Origin: Candidatus Latescibacterota bacterium
Lineage (GTDB): Bacteria > Latescibacterota > UBA2968 > UBA8231
Assembly (NCBI GenBank): GCA_965215195.1
Contig: CBDCDC010000002.1
Span: forward strand, 4,192,001-4,256,000
Reading direction: 5' to 3'
DNA length: 64,000 nucleotides
Shown: one piece after another, positions 8,482 to 18,157 of the stretch
How the letters are laid out: every line of letters starts with the position of its first letter
Numbering within the stretch: position 1 is the first letter of the stretch
The notes under the pieces: generated by a model
The model's database searches: none
The model's input: only the letters and a program-made list of their open reading frames with translations
What the model was told of the DNA's origin: nothing
Program-made: the position numbers and the translations under genes

Positions 8482-9483
8482 GTGGCCTATCGCGTCGGCC
8501 TCGTGGGCACGGGTGGCATTGCCCGCGCCCACGGCAAGGCCTGCCAGCAGATCGCCGAAGCCGAACTCGTCGCTGTCTGCGACGTGTCCGCAGAGCAGCT
8601 AGCGCGCTACGGCGAGGAGTTCGGCGTTGCCGCGCGCTATACCGAACTCGACGCCATGCTGCACGCGGCCGAGCTGGACATTGCCATTATCTGCACTTGG
8701 GGTGCCTTTCACGCGGAGACCGGGATCCGCATCTGCGATTCGGGACGGGTAAAAGCCGTGCTCTGCGAAAAACCCTTCACCCAAAACGCCGCCCAAGCAG
8801 CGGCCTTTGCCGCGGCCGGCCGGAAAAACCGCGTCCTCGTGGCCGAGGCGTTTAAGTTTCGCCATCACCCCATGCACTTGCGGGCCAAGGCCATGATCGA
8901 CGCTGGCGCAATCGGCGACCTAGTCGGCGTGCGGAGCACGTTTTGCACCAGTGCCGGAGGCGCACTCAAAGAGCGCACACCCGAGTCGAATTGGCGCTTC
9001 AACAAGGCCAAAGGCGGCGGCAGCATGTACGACTTGGCCTGTTACAACATTCACCACGCGCGGTTTGTGTTTGGCCAAGAGCCGGAGCGGGTGTTTGCCG
9101 CACAGCAGCCGGGCTTGGAGACCGACGATGCCGCGTCGATTGTGCTCGTCTTTTCCGGGGGCCGCACCGCGCAGATCGCCGTAGGGTTTAATGCGTTCAG
9201 CTCGCAGTACGCGGAAATTTCCGGGCACCGCGGGATGCTGCGACTAGACCAAGTGTGGAACAACGAGAATCGGGCCGTGGCCATAGAGCATCGCACGCCG
9301 AGCGGGGCGGAGGTCGTCGAATTCGCGCCTTGCTTTCAGTTTGCATTGCAGTTGCAGCACCTGTGCGAATGCTTGGCCGAGGGACGGGAGCATCGGATCG
9401 CGCCGGAGCACAGCGTCGCGCAGATGCGGGTGTTAGACGCGGTGAAGGAGTCTATGGAGACCGGGCGGGCAGTGGAGTGTTAG
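8482..9483 (+). CDS. Gfo/Idh/MocA family oxidoreductase
   Basis: GLVGTGGIA, VLCEKP, GGGSMYDLACY. Confidence 0.92.
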   Translation: MAYRVGLVGTGGIARAHGKACQQIAEAELVAVCDVSAEQLARYGEEFGVAARYTELDAMLHAAELDIAIICTWGAFHAETGIRICDSGRVKAVLCEKPFTQNAAQAAAFAAAGRKNRVLVAEAFKFRHHPMHLRAKAMIDAGAIGDLVGVRSTFCTSAGGALKERTPESNWRFNKAKGGGSMYDLACYNIHHARFVFGQEPERVFAAQQPGLETDDAASIVLVFSGGRTAQIAVGFNAFSSQYAEISGHRGMLRLDQVWNNENRAVAIEHRTPSGAEVVEFAPCFQFALQLQHLCECLAEGREHRIAPEHSVAQMRVLDAVKESMETGRAVEC

Positions 9484-9517
9484 GGAATTAAAACTTTAAC
9501 CAAAGAAAGGACGAATC

Positions 9518-10606
9518 ATGCGCGTTGGCATTATTGGACACACTGGCCGCGGCCACTACGGCCACTACCTCGACATGGCGTTTGTCGGGGTAGAAGGCGC
9601 GGAGATTGTGGCGCTGGCCGATCCCGATGACGAGGGAAGAAAGGCCGCTGTCGCCAAGACCGGAGCACCCCAAGGATACGCCGATTACGTGCAGATGTTA
9701 GAGGAGCAGCAGCCGGATATTGCGGTGGTGGCCTCGCGGGAGATCGGCGATCACTTGGCGTTGGTGCTCAATTGTGTGGCGCGCGGGGCGCACGTGTACC
9801 TCGAAAAGCCAGTGGCGGCTTCGGTCGCCCAAGTTGACCAGATGATCGCAGCGTGCGATAAGGCTGGAGTAACGGTGGTGGTGGCGCATCCTTGGCGGGG
9901 GCATCCGCCCGTCCAGCGAGTGGCGATTCCGGCGATTAAGGCGGGGAAGATCGGCCAGCCGCGGCTGTGCCGGATCTATGGGATGGGCGGCGCGCACGGC
10001 GGGGATCAACTGTTTTTGGACTTGTATCCGCATTTCTTTGACTTTCTCTATCAGTTGTTTGGTGCGCCGCTGTGGTGCCATGCACATCTGACGCAAGATG
10101 GGCGCAGCGCGACGCCGGCCGATGTACAGGAAGGCGTTGAAGGGATGGGCTTGGTGGCCGGCGACGGCATCAAGGCGTACTACGAGTTCCCGGGCGGCGT
10201 GGCTGCCGATTTTGAATCCTACCGGGGCGATGGGAAGGAAAACCCCTATCGCATCGACATTCACGGTACGGAAGGGACCTTGTCGCTGCCGGGGCCGATG
10301 GTCAACTTGCCGGACATTTACTACCACCCGCTGGTCAACCCCGGGCTGATCGGCGATCCGCGCTGGGAGGTCATGCCCTCGTCGCCGCCGCCGGATGAGC
10401 ACAAGTGGCTCAACGCCCACCGCCGCATGGCGCGGTCCATGATCGACATGCTCGAAGGCCGCGACCCGCAGTGGGAGTTGGTGGAGTTGGAAAATGCGCG
10501 GCTCTATCTGGAAATGGCGATGATGGCGCATGCCTCGCACAAGGCCGGAGCGCGGGTAGGGCTGCCGCTGGCGAGCACGGCGAACCCGTTTGACGAGTGG
10601 GAGTGA
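9518..10606 (+). CDS. Gfo/Idh/MocA family oxidoreductase
   Basis: RVGIIGHTGRGHYGH, HVYLEKP. Confidence 0.9.
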   Translation: MRVGIIGHTGRGHYGHYLDMAFVGVEGAEIVALADPDDEGRKAAVAKTGAPQGYADYVQMLEEQQPDIAVVASREIGDHLALVLNCVARGAHVYLEKPVAASVAQVDQMIAACDKAGVTVVVAHPWRGHPPVQRVAIPAIKAGKIGQPRLCRIYGMGGAHGGDQLFLDLYPHFFDFLYQLFGAPLWCHAHLTQDGRSATPADVQEGVEGMGLVAGDGIKAYYEFPGGVAADFESYRGDGKENPYRIDIHGTEGTLSLPGPMVNLPDIYYHPLVNPGLIGDPRWEVMPSSPPPDEHKWLNAHRRMARSMIDMLEGRDPQWELVELENARLYLEMAMMAHASHKAGARVGLPLASTANPFDEWE

Positions 10607-10646
10607 TGGTTGCCGGGACCAACATCGTTCAAAATTCCAAGCGGCG

Positions 10647-12239
10647 ATGATGGCAGTGCGCTGGGTTTTGGTGCTGTTTTGCCTGTGGGGCGCGGCCGCG
10701 GTCGCCCAGCCTCGGTACGTGGATGTGGCCGCGGCGGCTGGCATTGAATTCGAGCACCGCAATGGGGCTAGCGGGCACAAGCAATTGCCCGAGACTATGG
10801 GGTCGGGCGTGGCCCTTTTCGACTATGACGACGACGGCTGGCTCGACCTGTATTGGGTCAATGTCGCGGGCCCGGCCGCGCTCTACCGCAACGAAGGGAA
10901 TGGCCGTTTTGCCGAGCAGACGCAAGCGGCCGGTGTGGGGAATTCCGGGTGCGGCATGGGCGCGGTGGCCGCAGACTACGACAATGACGGCGATGCAGAC
11001 CTGTACATCACCTGCTACGGCGCGAACATCCTCTACCGCAATCGCGGCGACGGCCGCTTTGCCGATGCCACGGCCACAGCCGGCGTGGGCGACGAGGGCT
11101 TCGGCACGGGCGCGGCCTTTGGCGACTGGGATCTCGATGGCGACTTGGATTTGTATGTGGCCAACTATCTAAACTTCCGCGCCGACCCAGACCGCGCCTG
11201 TTTTCGCCAAGATAGCGTCCGGGTCTATTGCGCGCCGTGGACCTATGCGCCCGAAGCGGACGCTTTCTACCGCAACGACGGCGGTCGCTTCGCCGAGGTC
11301 GGTGCGGAAGTGGGGTTTGCCGCGGGTCGAGCGCGGGAGCTGGGCGCGGTCTTTGTCGATTGGGATCTCGACGGCGACTTGGACCTATTTGCCGCGGGCG
11401 ATGGTACGCCCAATTTGCTCTACCAAAACGAGGGCGGCCACTTCGCGGAAGTGGGTTTGCTCGCCGGGGTTTCCCACAATCGGCAGGGCCAATCCGAAGC
11501 CGGCATGGGCGTGGCCGCGGGCGACTACGACAACGACGGAGCCTTTGATTTTTTCGCGACTAATTTCTACTTGGAGAGCAATACCTTGTACCGCAACGAG
11601 GGCGCGGGGTTTTTCCGCGACCAGACGACGGACGCCAAATTAGGCAAGCCCTCGCTGGCGCACCTGTCTTGGGGCACGGCTTTCTTCGACTGGGATCTCG
11701 ACGGCGACGAGGATCTCTTCGTGGCCAATGGCCACATCGACGACAACGTAGAACGCTTCGCCGAGACCACGTACGCGCAGCCCAATCAGTTGTTCCGAAA
11801 CGACGGCCCGGCTGGGTTTGCCGATGTCAGTGCCGCGGCCGGGCTGGGCGCTGTGCAGTCGAGCCGAGGGGCGGCCTTGGGCGATTGCGACAACGACGGC
11901 GATCTCGATATTGCGGTGGCCCATATCAATGCGCGCCCTTCGCTCCTGCGCAACGACATGGGGGGCGAGCGCAACTACTTGGCCGTCCGCACGGTAGGCG
12001 TGGAGAGCAACCGCGACGGCGTCGGCGCGCGCATTCGCGTGCGCACCGGACCTCGGGTGCAAGTGCGGGAGGTGCGCCGCGGCGGCAGCTATCTGTCGAG
12101 CCACGACCCGCGCGTCTTTTTTGGCCTCGGGGCCAGCGCGCAGGCCGACGCAGTGGAGATTCGCTGGCCCAGCGGCAAGGTGCAGCGGCTCGGCCGGGTG
12201 CTGGGCGGACAGGTGTTGACCGCAAAGGAGCCGCAGTAG
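10647..12239 (+). CDS. CRTAC1/ASPIC-UnbV family FG-GAP repeat secreted protein
   Basis: Repeated D(Y/W)DxDGxxDL motifs; C-terminal NRDGVGAR...GGSYLS...FGLG...WPSG; signal peptide. Confidence 0.9.
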   Translation: MMAVRWVLVLFCLWGAAAVAQPRYVDVAAAAGIEFEHRNGASGHKQLPETMGSGVALFDYDDDGWLDLYWVNVAGPAALYRNEGNGRFAEQTQAAGVGNSGCGMGAVAADYDNDGDADLYITCYGANILYRNRGDGRFADATATAGVGDEGFGTGAAFGDWDLDGDLDLYVANYLNFRADPDRACFRQDSVRVYCAPWTYAPEADAFYRNDGGRFAEVGAEVGFAAGRARELGAVFVDWDLDGDLDLFAAGDGTPNLLYQNEGGHFAEVGLLAGVSHNRQGQSEAGMGVAAGDYDNDGAFDFFATNFYLESNTLYRNEGAGFFRDQTTDAKLGKPSLAHLSWGTAFFDWDLDGDEDLFVANGHIDDNVERFAETTYAQPNQLFRNDGPAGFADVSAAAGLGAVQSSRGAALGDCDNDGDLDIAVAHINARPSLLRNDMGGERNYLAVRTVGVESNRDGVGARIRVRTGPRVQVREVRRGGSYLSSHDPRVFFGLGASAQADAVEIRWPSGKVQRLGRVLGGQVLTAKEPQ

Positions 12240-12260
12240 CCGATCCCGTGTAAGAGTACC

Positions 12261-12354
12261 CCCTTACTACACGACACCAGCCCTCAGCGAGGGCGGGACG
12301 CCCTCGATCCCGGACCCAGCGGAAACCGCAGAAAAGGCGTACTCAAAGTAAGGG
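12261..12354. repeat. REP/MITE-like element, copy 1
   Basis: Starts CCTTACT and ends AGTAAGG (inverted termini); internal GAGGGC-GGGAC-GCCCTC hairpin; near-identical to 55922-56046. Confidence 0.8.
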
Positions 12355-12444
12355 GCGCCTACTTTAGGGGTCGGGTACTAAGGAGTACCCCTACCGACGC
12401 CCTATAATATGTAAGGGCACCTCTTGTAGGGAAAATTGTCCTTT

Positions 12445-13626
12445 ATGAGATGGCTTCTAGTGATTCTGCTCATCGGCTGCAAGGAGCAGGAGTCGCCCTC
12501 GGCTGTAGGGCGCGCGCATTTTGAGCAGGGCCTTGCACACGCCCAACGCGGGCGTTTCCACGAAGCCATTGCCGCGTATAGGCAGGCGGCCGCGCAGATG
12601 CCGGACGCGCCCCAAGTCCACTACAATCTGGCCAATGCCTATTTTTCGACCGATGCCCTCGGCCAAGCCGAGGCCGCGTACCAAAAGGCCATCGCACTCA
12701 AGCCCGACTACGCGGACGCGCACTACCAACTCGGCGGCGTGTACATTCGGCAAAAAAAGTACGACGCGGCCTACGCGCCGCTCGGCAAGGCATTGGAAAG
12801 CGACCCCGGGCACGTTGCCGCGTACAATGCCTTGGGCCTGCTGCACATCCGGCAGGGCGCATACCAAGAGGCCGCCGCCCTGTACGAGCGCGCCTTGCAG
12901 GTGGATTCGACGCGCTCTGAACTCTGGTATCATCTCGGCCAAGTCGAAGTCAGGCGCGGCGAGCGCGAAGCAGCGAAAACGGCCTTTGCCCGTGCAATTC
13001 GCACGGACACGACCCAAGCGGGCGCGTACGCGGGCTTGGGTGCCCTGTATGTGGAGGAGCAACGCTACGAGGAGGCCGAGGGTTTTTTGCTGCGGGCCGT
13101 TGCGCTGCGCCCGTTTTGGGCGCGCCCCCACTACGACTTGGGGCAGGTCTATATGCGCTTGGGCGAGCGGCAAAAGGGCCGCGAGGTATTGGAGCGATTT
13201 GCGCGCCTCGAAGAAGAGGAAAAAATGATCAAGAGCTTGGAGTTTACGCTCTTGAGCGAGGCCGAGGACGCACGCCGCCACTACGACTTGGGGGTGCTCT
13301 ACGGCCAGCGTCGCCAATTCGCCAAGGCCGCGGCGCGCTACGGCCGCGCACTCGCACTCGACTCAACTTTTGCGGCGGCCTATGTGAACTTGGGCAACAT
13401 CTACTTGCGCGAGGAGCACTTTGAAGCGGCCCAGCAGCTTTTTGCCCAAGCGCTCGCCGCGGATTCGACCCACGCCAACGCGCACAATAGCCTCGGCAAC
13501 CTGCACCTGATGCGCCGGGACTTTGCGGCCGCCGCAGCCGCGTTTGCCAGCGCAGTGCGCTTGGCCCCGGATGCCCCGGGCTTCCGCGAAAATTTGGACA
13601 TCGCCCGGGGGTTGGCAGGGAAATAA
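12445..13626 (+). CDS. Tetratricopeptide repeat lipoprotein
   Basis: Lipobox LIGC; many TPR units (HYNLANAY, AYNALG, AYVNLGNIY). Confidence 0.88.
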   Translation: MRWLLVILLIGCKEQESPSAVGRAHFEQGLAHAQRGRFHEAIAAYRQAAAQMPDAPQVHYNLANAYFSTDALGQAEAAYQKAIALKPDYADAHYQLGGVYIRQKKYDAAYAPLGKALESDPGHVAAYNALGLLHIRQGAYQEAAALYERALQVDSTRSELWYHLGQVEVRRGEREAAKTAFARAIRTDTTQAGAYAGLGALYVEEQRYEEAEGFLLRAVALRPFWARPHYDLGQVYMRLGERQKGREVLERFARLEEEEKMIKSLEFTLLSEAEDARRHYDLGVLYGQRRQFAKAAARYGRALALDSTFAAAYVNLGNIYLREEHFEAAQQLFAQALAADSTHANAHNSLGNLHLMRRDFAAAAAAFASAVRLAPDAPGFRENLDIARGLAGK

Positions 13627-13796
13627 GGGGCTTCTTACTATAAATGACTAACGTTGCAGTTTTGAGGGTTGCGCACCCCGATGCGGCGGGTCGCCCCGTC
13701 GCCCGCGCCCCCGTTTTCACGGCCGCAAGCCGGCGGCTGCGCAGGACGAACAACCTTAAAGCGCGTACCACCAGTTAGTTAGTCAAAGGAGAGAAT

Positions 13797-15635
13797 ATGC
13801 CGAAAGTTAGAATGTTCACAGTGGCCGCTTGGTTGGGCATCTGCGTCGCCGGCCATGCCGCTGCGGAGGAAGGGGCGTGGGAGGTGGTGGAGAAAATTCT
13901 CATGAGTACCAAGGATATCGTCGTACTCGACGGCACCGAAAAGGTGCCGCTGCGCTACGAGGGGGGAGCAGAGCCGACCCACGGCGACTGGATGGTGCGC
14001 CACATGCTGTCCGATCCCGAAAAACTCAATCCGTACACCTCCAGCGATGCCGGTGCCAGCCGGGTGCTAGAGCTTATCTTTGAGAGCCTACTCGACACCG
14101 AGCATGAGCCGCCGTACAACCTGCGGGGTTGGGTGGCTGTCGGATATCCAGAGGTTGCGGCGGACAAACTCGCGTACACGTTTGAGTTGCGCGACGGGGT
14201 TTACTTCTCAGACGGCAAGCCGCTGACGGCCGCGGATGTCGTCTTCAGCATGAAGGTCATCCACAACCCCCAAGTGCTAGCGCCGCATCTGCGCAACTAC
14301 TATGCTACCGTCCGAGACGTGCAGATCGTGGAGGCCAATAAGGTCCGCTTCCTTTGCCGCGAGCCTTATTTCCGCAATGACCTGATCTTGGGCGGCTTCT
14401 CCATTCTGCCCAAGCATTTCTACGACCCGGAGGGGCTGATGGAGCCGGTCGAGCTCAAGAGCTTGGTGGATGGCTCTTGGGAGGAGGGGCCTCACAAGGA
14501 ACGGGTTGAGCGCTTTGCCGAACAGTTCAACCAAAATTTCAATCGCACGGCGCTTGGCTCGGGGCCGTACCGGATCGCAGATCCAGAGCGCGATTTGGTC
14601 ACCCAGCAGAAAGTCGTGCTGACGCGGAATGCAAACTACTGGGGTCGGGACGTGGAAGGGCTGCTGCCGCCCGGCTTTGTCGATAAGATCGTCTTTAACA
14701 TCATCAACAATACCGACGCGGCATTCATCGAGTTGACCAACGGCAACCTCGATTACTACGCTCTGCGCCCGTTGCAATTTAAGGAAAAGAGCTGGTCGGA
14801 AGACTTCAATCGCCGCTTCCTCAAAGGCGTCAGCTACTCCAGCGGCTATATGTACATAGGGTGGAACAACAACCATCCGATCTTCGGCGACAAGCGGGTG
14901 CGCCAAGCCATGACCTATTTGACCGACCGCGAGGGCATGGTAGAGAACTTCATGTTCGGCTTGGCCGAGACGGTAGAGGGGCCGATTAACAAGTTTCGCC
15001 CGGAGTACAACCACGACCTCGCGCCGTACCCCTACGATCCCGACCGCGCCCTCGACCTGCTCGCGGAGGCTGGCTGGGAGGACGCCGATGAGGACGGCAT
15101 TCTCGACAAGACCATCGACGGAGAGTTGGTGCCATTTCGCTTTGAGATCTTGGTCAACTCGGGCAACCAGATCCGCAAAGACATCGCCCTGACGGTCCAA
15201 TACGAGCTGCAAGATATCGGCATTGACTGCCAAGTGCGCGAGCTAGACTGGTCGATTTTCCTGCAAAAGGTCAAGAGCAAAGCTTTCGACGCCATGGTGT
15301 TGGGCTGGACCGGCAGCCTGCGCGTCGCACCCGACAGCTACCAGATCTGGCATTCTTCCCAGACCGTAGAGAACGGCTCCAACCACGTGAGCTTTATCAA
15401 CGACGAAGTTGACAACATCTTGGAGACCTATCGCCGCGAGTTCGACATGGACAAGCGCATTGAGCTCTACCGCCGCTTTCAGGAGATCCTGTACGCGGAA
15501 CAGCCGTACACCTTCATGTGGAAATCGCGCTCGCCCCAAGCCTATAGCCGGCGCTTCAGTGGCGTCACTTGGTATCCCCCCGGCGTCCGCTTGCAGGACT
15601 GGTGGGTTGCGCGGGAAGAGCAGATGTACCAATAG
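13797..15635 (+). CDS. oppA: Peptide ABC transporter substrate-binding protein (OppA/DppA family)
   Basis: FSDGKPLTAADVVFS, GSGPY, DKRVRQAM, YDPDRALDLLAEAGW; signal peptide; AAGGAG RBS. Confidence 0.9.
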   Translation: MPKVRMFTVAAWLGICVAGHAAAEEGAWEVVEKILMSTKDIVVLDGTEKVPLRYEGGAEPTHGDWMVRHMLSDPEKLNPYTSSDAGASRVLELIFESLLDTEHEPPYNLRGWVAVGYPEVAADKLAYTFELRDGVYFSDGKPLTAADVVFSMKVIHNPQVLAPHLRNYYATVRDVQIVEANKVRFLCREPYFRNDLILGGFSILPKHFYDPEGLMEPVELKSLVDGSWEEGPHKERVERFAEQFNQNFNRTALGSGPYRIADPERDLVTQQKVVLTRNANYWGRDVEGLLPPGFVDKIVFNIINNTDAAFIELTNGNLDYYALRPLQFKEKSWSEDFNRRFLKGVSYSSGYMYIGWNNNHPIFGDKRVRQAMTYLTDREGMVENFMFGLAETVEGPINKFRPEYNHDLAPYPYDPDRALDLLAEAGWEDADEDGILDKTIDGELVPFRFEILVNSGNQIRKDIALTVQYELQDIGIDCQVRELDWSIFLQKVKSKAFDAMVLGWTGSLRVAPDSYQIWHSSQTVENGSNHVSFINDEVDNILETYRREFDMDKRIELYRRFQEILYAEQPYTFMWKSRSPQAYSRRFSGVTWYPPGVRLQDWWVAREEQMYQ

Positions 15636-15644
15636 GGCGCGTCC

Positions 15645-16061
15645 GTGTCCTCCGCAGACGCCCTCCGCTGGGAGAGCCACCCCCTGCGCCGGGAGAAGCC
15701 GGCCAAGTCCATGCTACTGGTCGCGCTCATCGTCGCTTCCGCAGCGGCTGCGGCCTTTGGCTTTGAGCATTGGTTTTACGGGGTGTTTTCACTCGGAGCA
15801 TTGACCGTCTCGCTGTCGCGCTATTTCTTCCCTACGCGCTACGCGCTCAACGGCGAGGGGGTCCGCAGCGAACACCTCGGCCTTAAACAGCGCCGTTCTT
15901 GGGCGGAATTCCGTCGAGTAGAAGAGCATCGGGACGGCATTTTTTTACGTCCGTCCGTCCGCCCAAGTCGGCTGGATTCCTTTCGCGGCGTTTTTTTGCG
16001 CTGCGATCAAAACCGCACAGAGGTTGCGCGTTTCGTCCGGTGCCATGTTCCGAGTCAATAG
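15645..16061 (+). CDS. Hypothetical membrane protein (2 TM plus beta-rich soluble domain)
   Basis: 138 aa; two hydrophobic segments then YFFPTRY; tightly packed in the operon. Confidence 0.7.
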   Translation: MSSADALRWESHPLRREKPAKSMLLVALIVASAAAAAFGFEHWFYGVFSLGALTVSLSRYFFPTRYALNGEGVRSEHLGLKQRRSWAEFRRVEEHRDGIFLRPSVRPSRLDSFRGVFLRCDQNRTEVARFVRCHVPSQ

Positions 16062-16380
16062 CTTAAAAGCGCGGTGGCGGCACGCTTTTGCCCTTGAAGA
16101 TCCAGCGGCGGGTTGGTCTGAAGACGAGCGTGCGCTGGCCGAGCGGCTGGCCGAGTTTATAGTGCGCCGCCGCATGGGAGCGGCCGCGTCCATGGCGTTG
16201 GAGGCTTGCCGCCCTCTCAACTTTTTGGGCAGCCAAGCCCTGACCTTTTTGGCCCCGTTTGCCACGCTGGTTTTTTCGCGCGACGAGTACCAGCGCTTTA
16301 CGCGCATGTTGGAGCGACGCCAGTGCATAGATTTGCTCGCCGAGGCCATTGCCCGGCGCGAAAGCCAAAAGCATGGATGA
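16045..16380 (+). CDS. Hypothetical helical protein
   Basis: LAERLAEFIVRRRMGAAASMALEACRPLNFLGSQ; overlaps both neighbours. Confidence 0.7.
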   Translation: MFRVNSLKARWRHAFALEDPAAGWSEDERALAERLAEFIVRRRMGAAASMALEACRPLNFLGSQALTFLAPFATLVFSRDEYQRFTRMLERRQCIDLLAEAIARRESQKHG

Positions 16381-18154
16381 CCTCAACGTAGTTATCGCCA
16401 CGGACTGCGGCAGTACGACGACCAAGGCGATCCTGATCGAAAAGAAGGACGAAGGGTATCGCCAGACCTTTCGCGGCGAGGCCCCCACTACGGTGGAGGC
16501 CCCCTTTGAGGACGTCACCCGGGGGGTGCTCAACGCCATTCAAGAGGTTGAGGAGCTTTCCGGGCGGCAAATTCTCGCTGGCGAGCAGATCATCACTCCG
16601 GCAGACGGCGCTGTCGGGGTCGATATGTACATCTCCACGAGCAGTGCCGGCGGCGGGTTGCAGATGGTAGTGGCCGGCGTGGTCTTGGCGATGACTGGCG
16701 AGAGCGCACAGCGCTGCGCCTTGGGGGCCGGGGCAATTGTCATGGACGCGCTCGCTGCCAACGATGGGCGCTTGCCGCACGAGAAAATAGAGCGCATCCG
16801 CCAACTGCGCCCCGATATGGTGTTGCTGTCGGGCGGCACCGATGGCGGCACCGTCAGCCACGTGGTCGAGCTGGCCGAATTCATCAGCGCGGCCGATCCC
16901 AAGCCCCGCTTTGGCGCGGGCTTCAAGTTGCCGGTTATTTTTGCGGGCAATCAGAGCGCGTGCGAGGCGGTCAAAAAGGCGTTGGGAGGGAAGATGGCCC
17001 TGACCGTCGCCGAGAATATCCGCCCAGTGCTCGAAGAGGAAAACTTGGACCCGGCGCGGCGCGTCATTCACGACCTCTTCCTCGAACACGTCATGGCGCA
17101 GGCACCTGGCTACCGCAAGCTGATGGGCTGGACCGGTGCGCCGATTATGCCGACGCCCGGGGCAGTGGGCGAGATCATGCAGACTATTGCCCGCCAGCAG
17201 GAGCTCAATGTCGTTGGCGTGGATATCGGCGGGGCGACGACCGATGTATTCAGCGTCTTCGATGGCGCGTTCAACCGCACGGTCAGTGCCAATTTAGGCA
17301 TGTCCTATAGCGTCTCCAACGTGCTGGCCGAGGCCGGGCTCGACCGCATCATGCGCTGGGTTCCTTTTGACATTGAGGAAGCCGACCTCCGCGACCGGAT
17401 CAAAAACAAGATGATCCGCCCGACGACCATCCCGCAGCTCATGCAGGAACTGCAAGTTGAGCAAGCCATTGCCCGCGAGGCCCTGCGCCTGGCCTTTGAG
17501 CAACACCGGGCGTTGGCAGTGGGATTGAAGGGGGTGCAGAGCAAGCGCACGCTGGCCGATGTGTTTGAGCAGGGTGCCACCGGCGAGAGTTTAGTCGAGA
17601 TGATGGCGCTGGACATGCTGGTCGGCAGCGGCGGCGTACTCTCGCACGCGCCCCGCCGCGAGCAGAGTTGCGCCATGCTCATAGATGCCTTCCAGCCCGA
17701 AGGCGTCACTCGCTTGGCGGTCGATAGCATCTTTATGATGCCCCACTTGGGGGTGCTCTCGACCGTTGACGAGCGGGCCGCGACCGAGGTTTTTGAGCGC
17801 GATTGCCTGATCTACTTGGGCACTTGTGTAGCTCCCGTCGGCGAGGGTAAGGACGGCGAGGTTTGCCTCCAGTACGAGATAGAACTGCCCAGCGGGCGTC
17901 AAACTGGCCAAGTACAGGTCGGCCAGCTACAGTGGATGCCCTTGGCCGATGGCGAGGAGGTCGAAGTCTCACTCCAGCCGGCGCGGCGTTGGGATGTGGG
18001 TGCTGGTCCGGGGCAAGCCCTAAACGCGCGGGTGCGCGGCGGGGTTGTAGGGCTAGTGCTGGACGGTCGCGGGCGGCCCATCCAGATGGCGACAGACCGC
18101 GATCGCCAGCGGCAGATAAGCGACTGGCAGCGGGCGTTAAACCTATACGAGTAG
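16373..18154 (+). CDS. GlmL/MutL (glutamate mutase L)-like ASKHA-fold ATPase
   Basis: DCGSTTTKA (phosphate 1), SSAGGGL, LSGGTDGG, PTPGAV, DIGGATTDVFS (phosphate 2), RTVSANLGMSYS, GSGGVL. Confidence 0.85.
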   Translation: MDDLNVVIATDCGSTTTKAILIEKKDEGYRQTFRGEAPTTVEAPFEDVTRGVLNAIQEVEELSGRQILAGEQIITPADGAVGVDMYISTSSAGGGLQMVVAGVVLAMTGESAQRCALGAGAIVMDALAANDGRLPHEKIERIRQLRPDMVLLSGGTDGGTVSHVVELAEFISAADPKPRFGAGFKLPVIFAGNQSACEAVKKALGGKMALTVAENIRPVLEEENLDPARRVIHDLFLEHVMAQAPGYRKLMGWTGAPIMPTPGAVGEIMQTIARQQELNVVGVDIGGATTDVFSVFDGAFNRTVSANLGMSYSVSNVLAEAGLDRIMRWVPFDIEEADLRDRIKNKMIRPTTIPQLMQELQVEQAIAREALRLAFEQHRALAVGLKGVQSKRTLADVFEQGATGESLVEMMALDMLVGSGGVLSHAPRREQSCAMLIDAFQPEGVTRLAVDSIFMMPHLGVLSTVDERAATEVFERDCLIYLGTCVAPVGEGKDGEVCLQYEIELPSGRQTGQVQVGQLQWMPLADGEEVEVSLQPARRWDVGAGPGQALNARVRGGVVGLVLDGRGRPIQMATDRDRQRQISDWQRALNLYE

Positions 18155-18157
18155 CTC

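Noticed and set aside
16373-18154. Glutamate fermentation (methylaspartate pathway) or mismatch-repair MutL
   Set aside because: No glmS/glmE or methylaspartase in the window; the motifs are ASKHA-type, not the GHKL fold of repair MutL.
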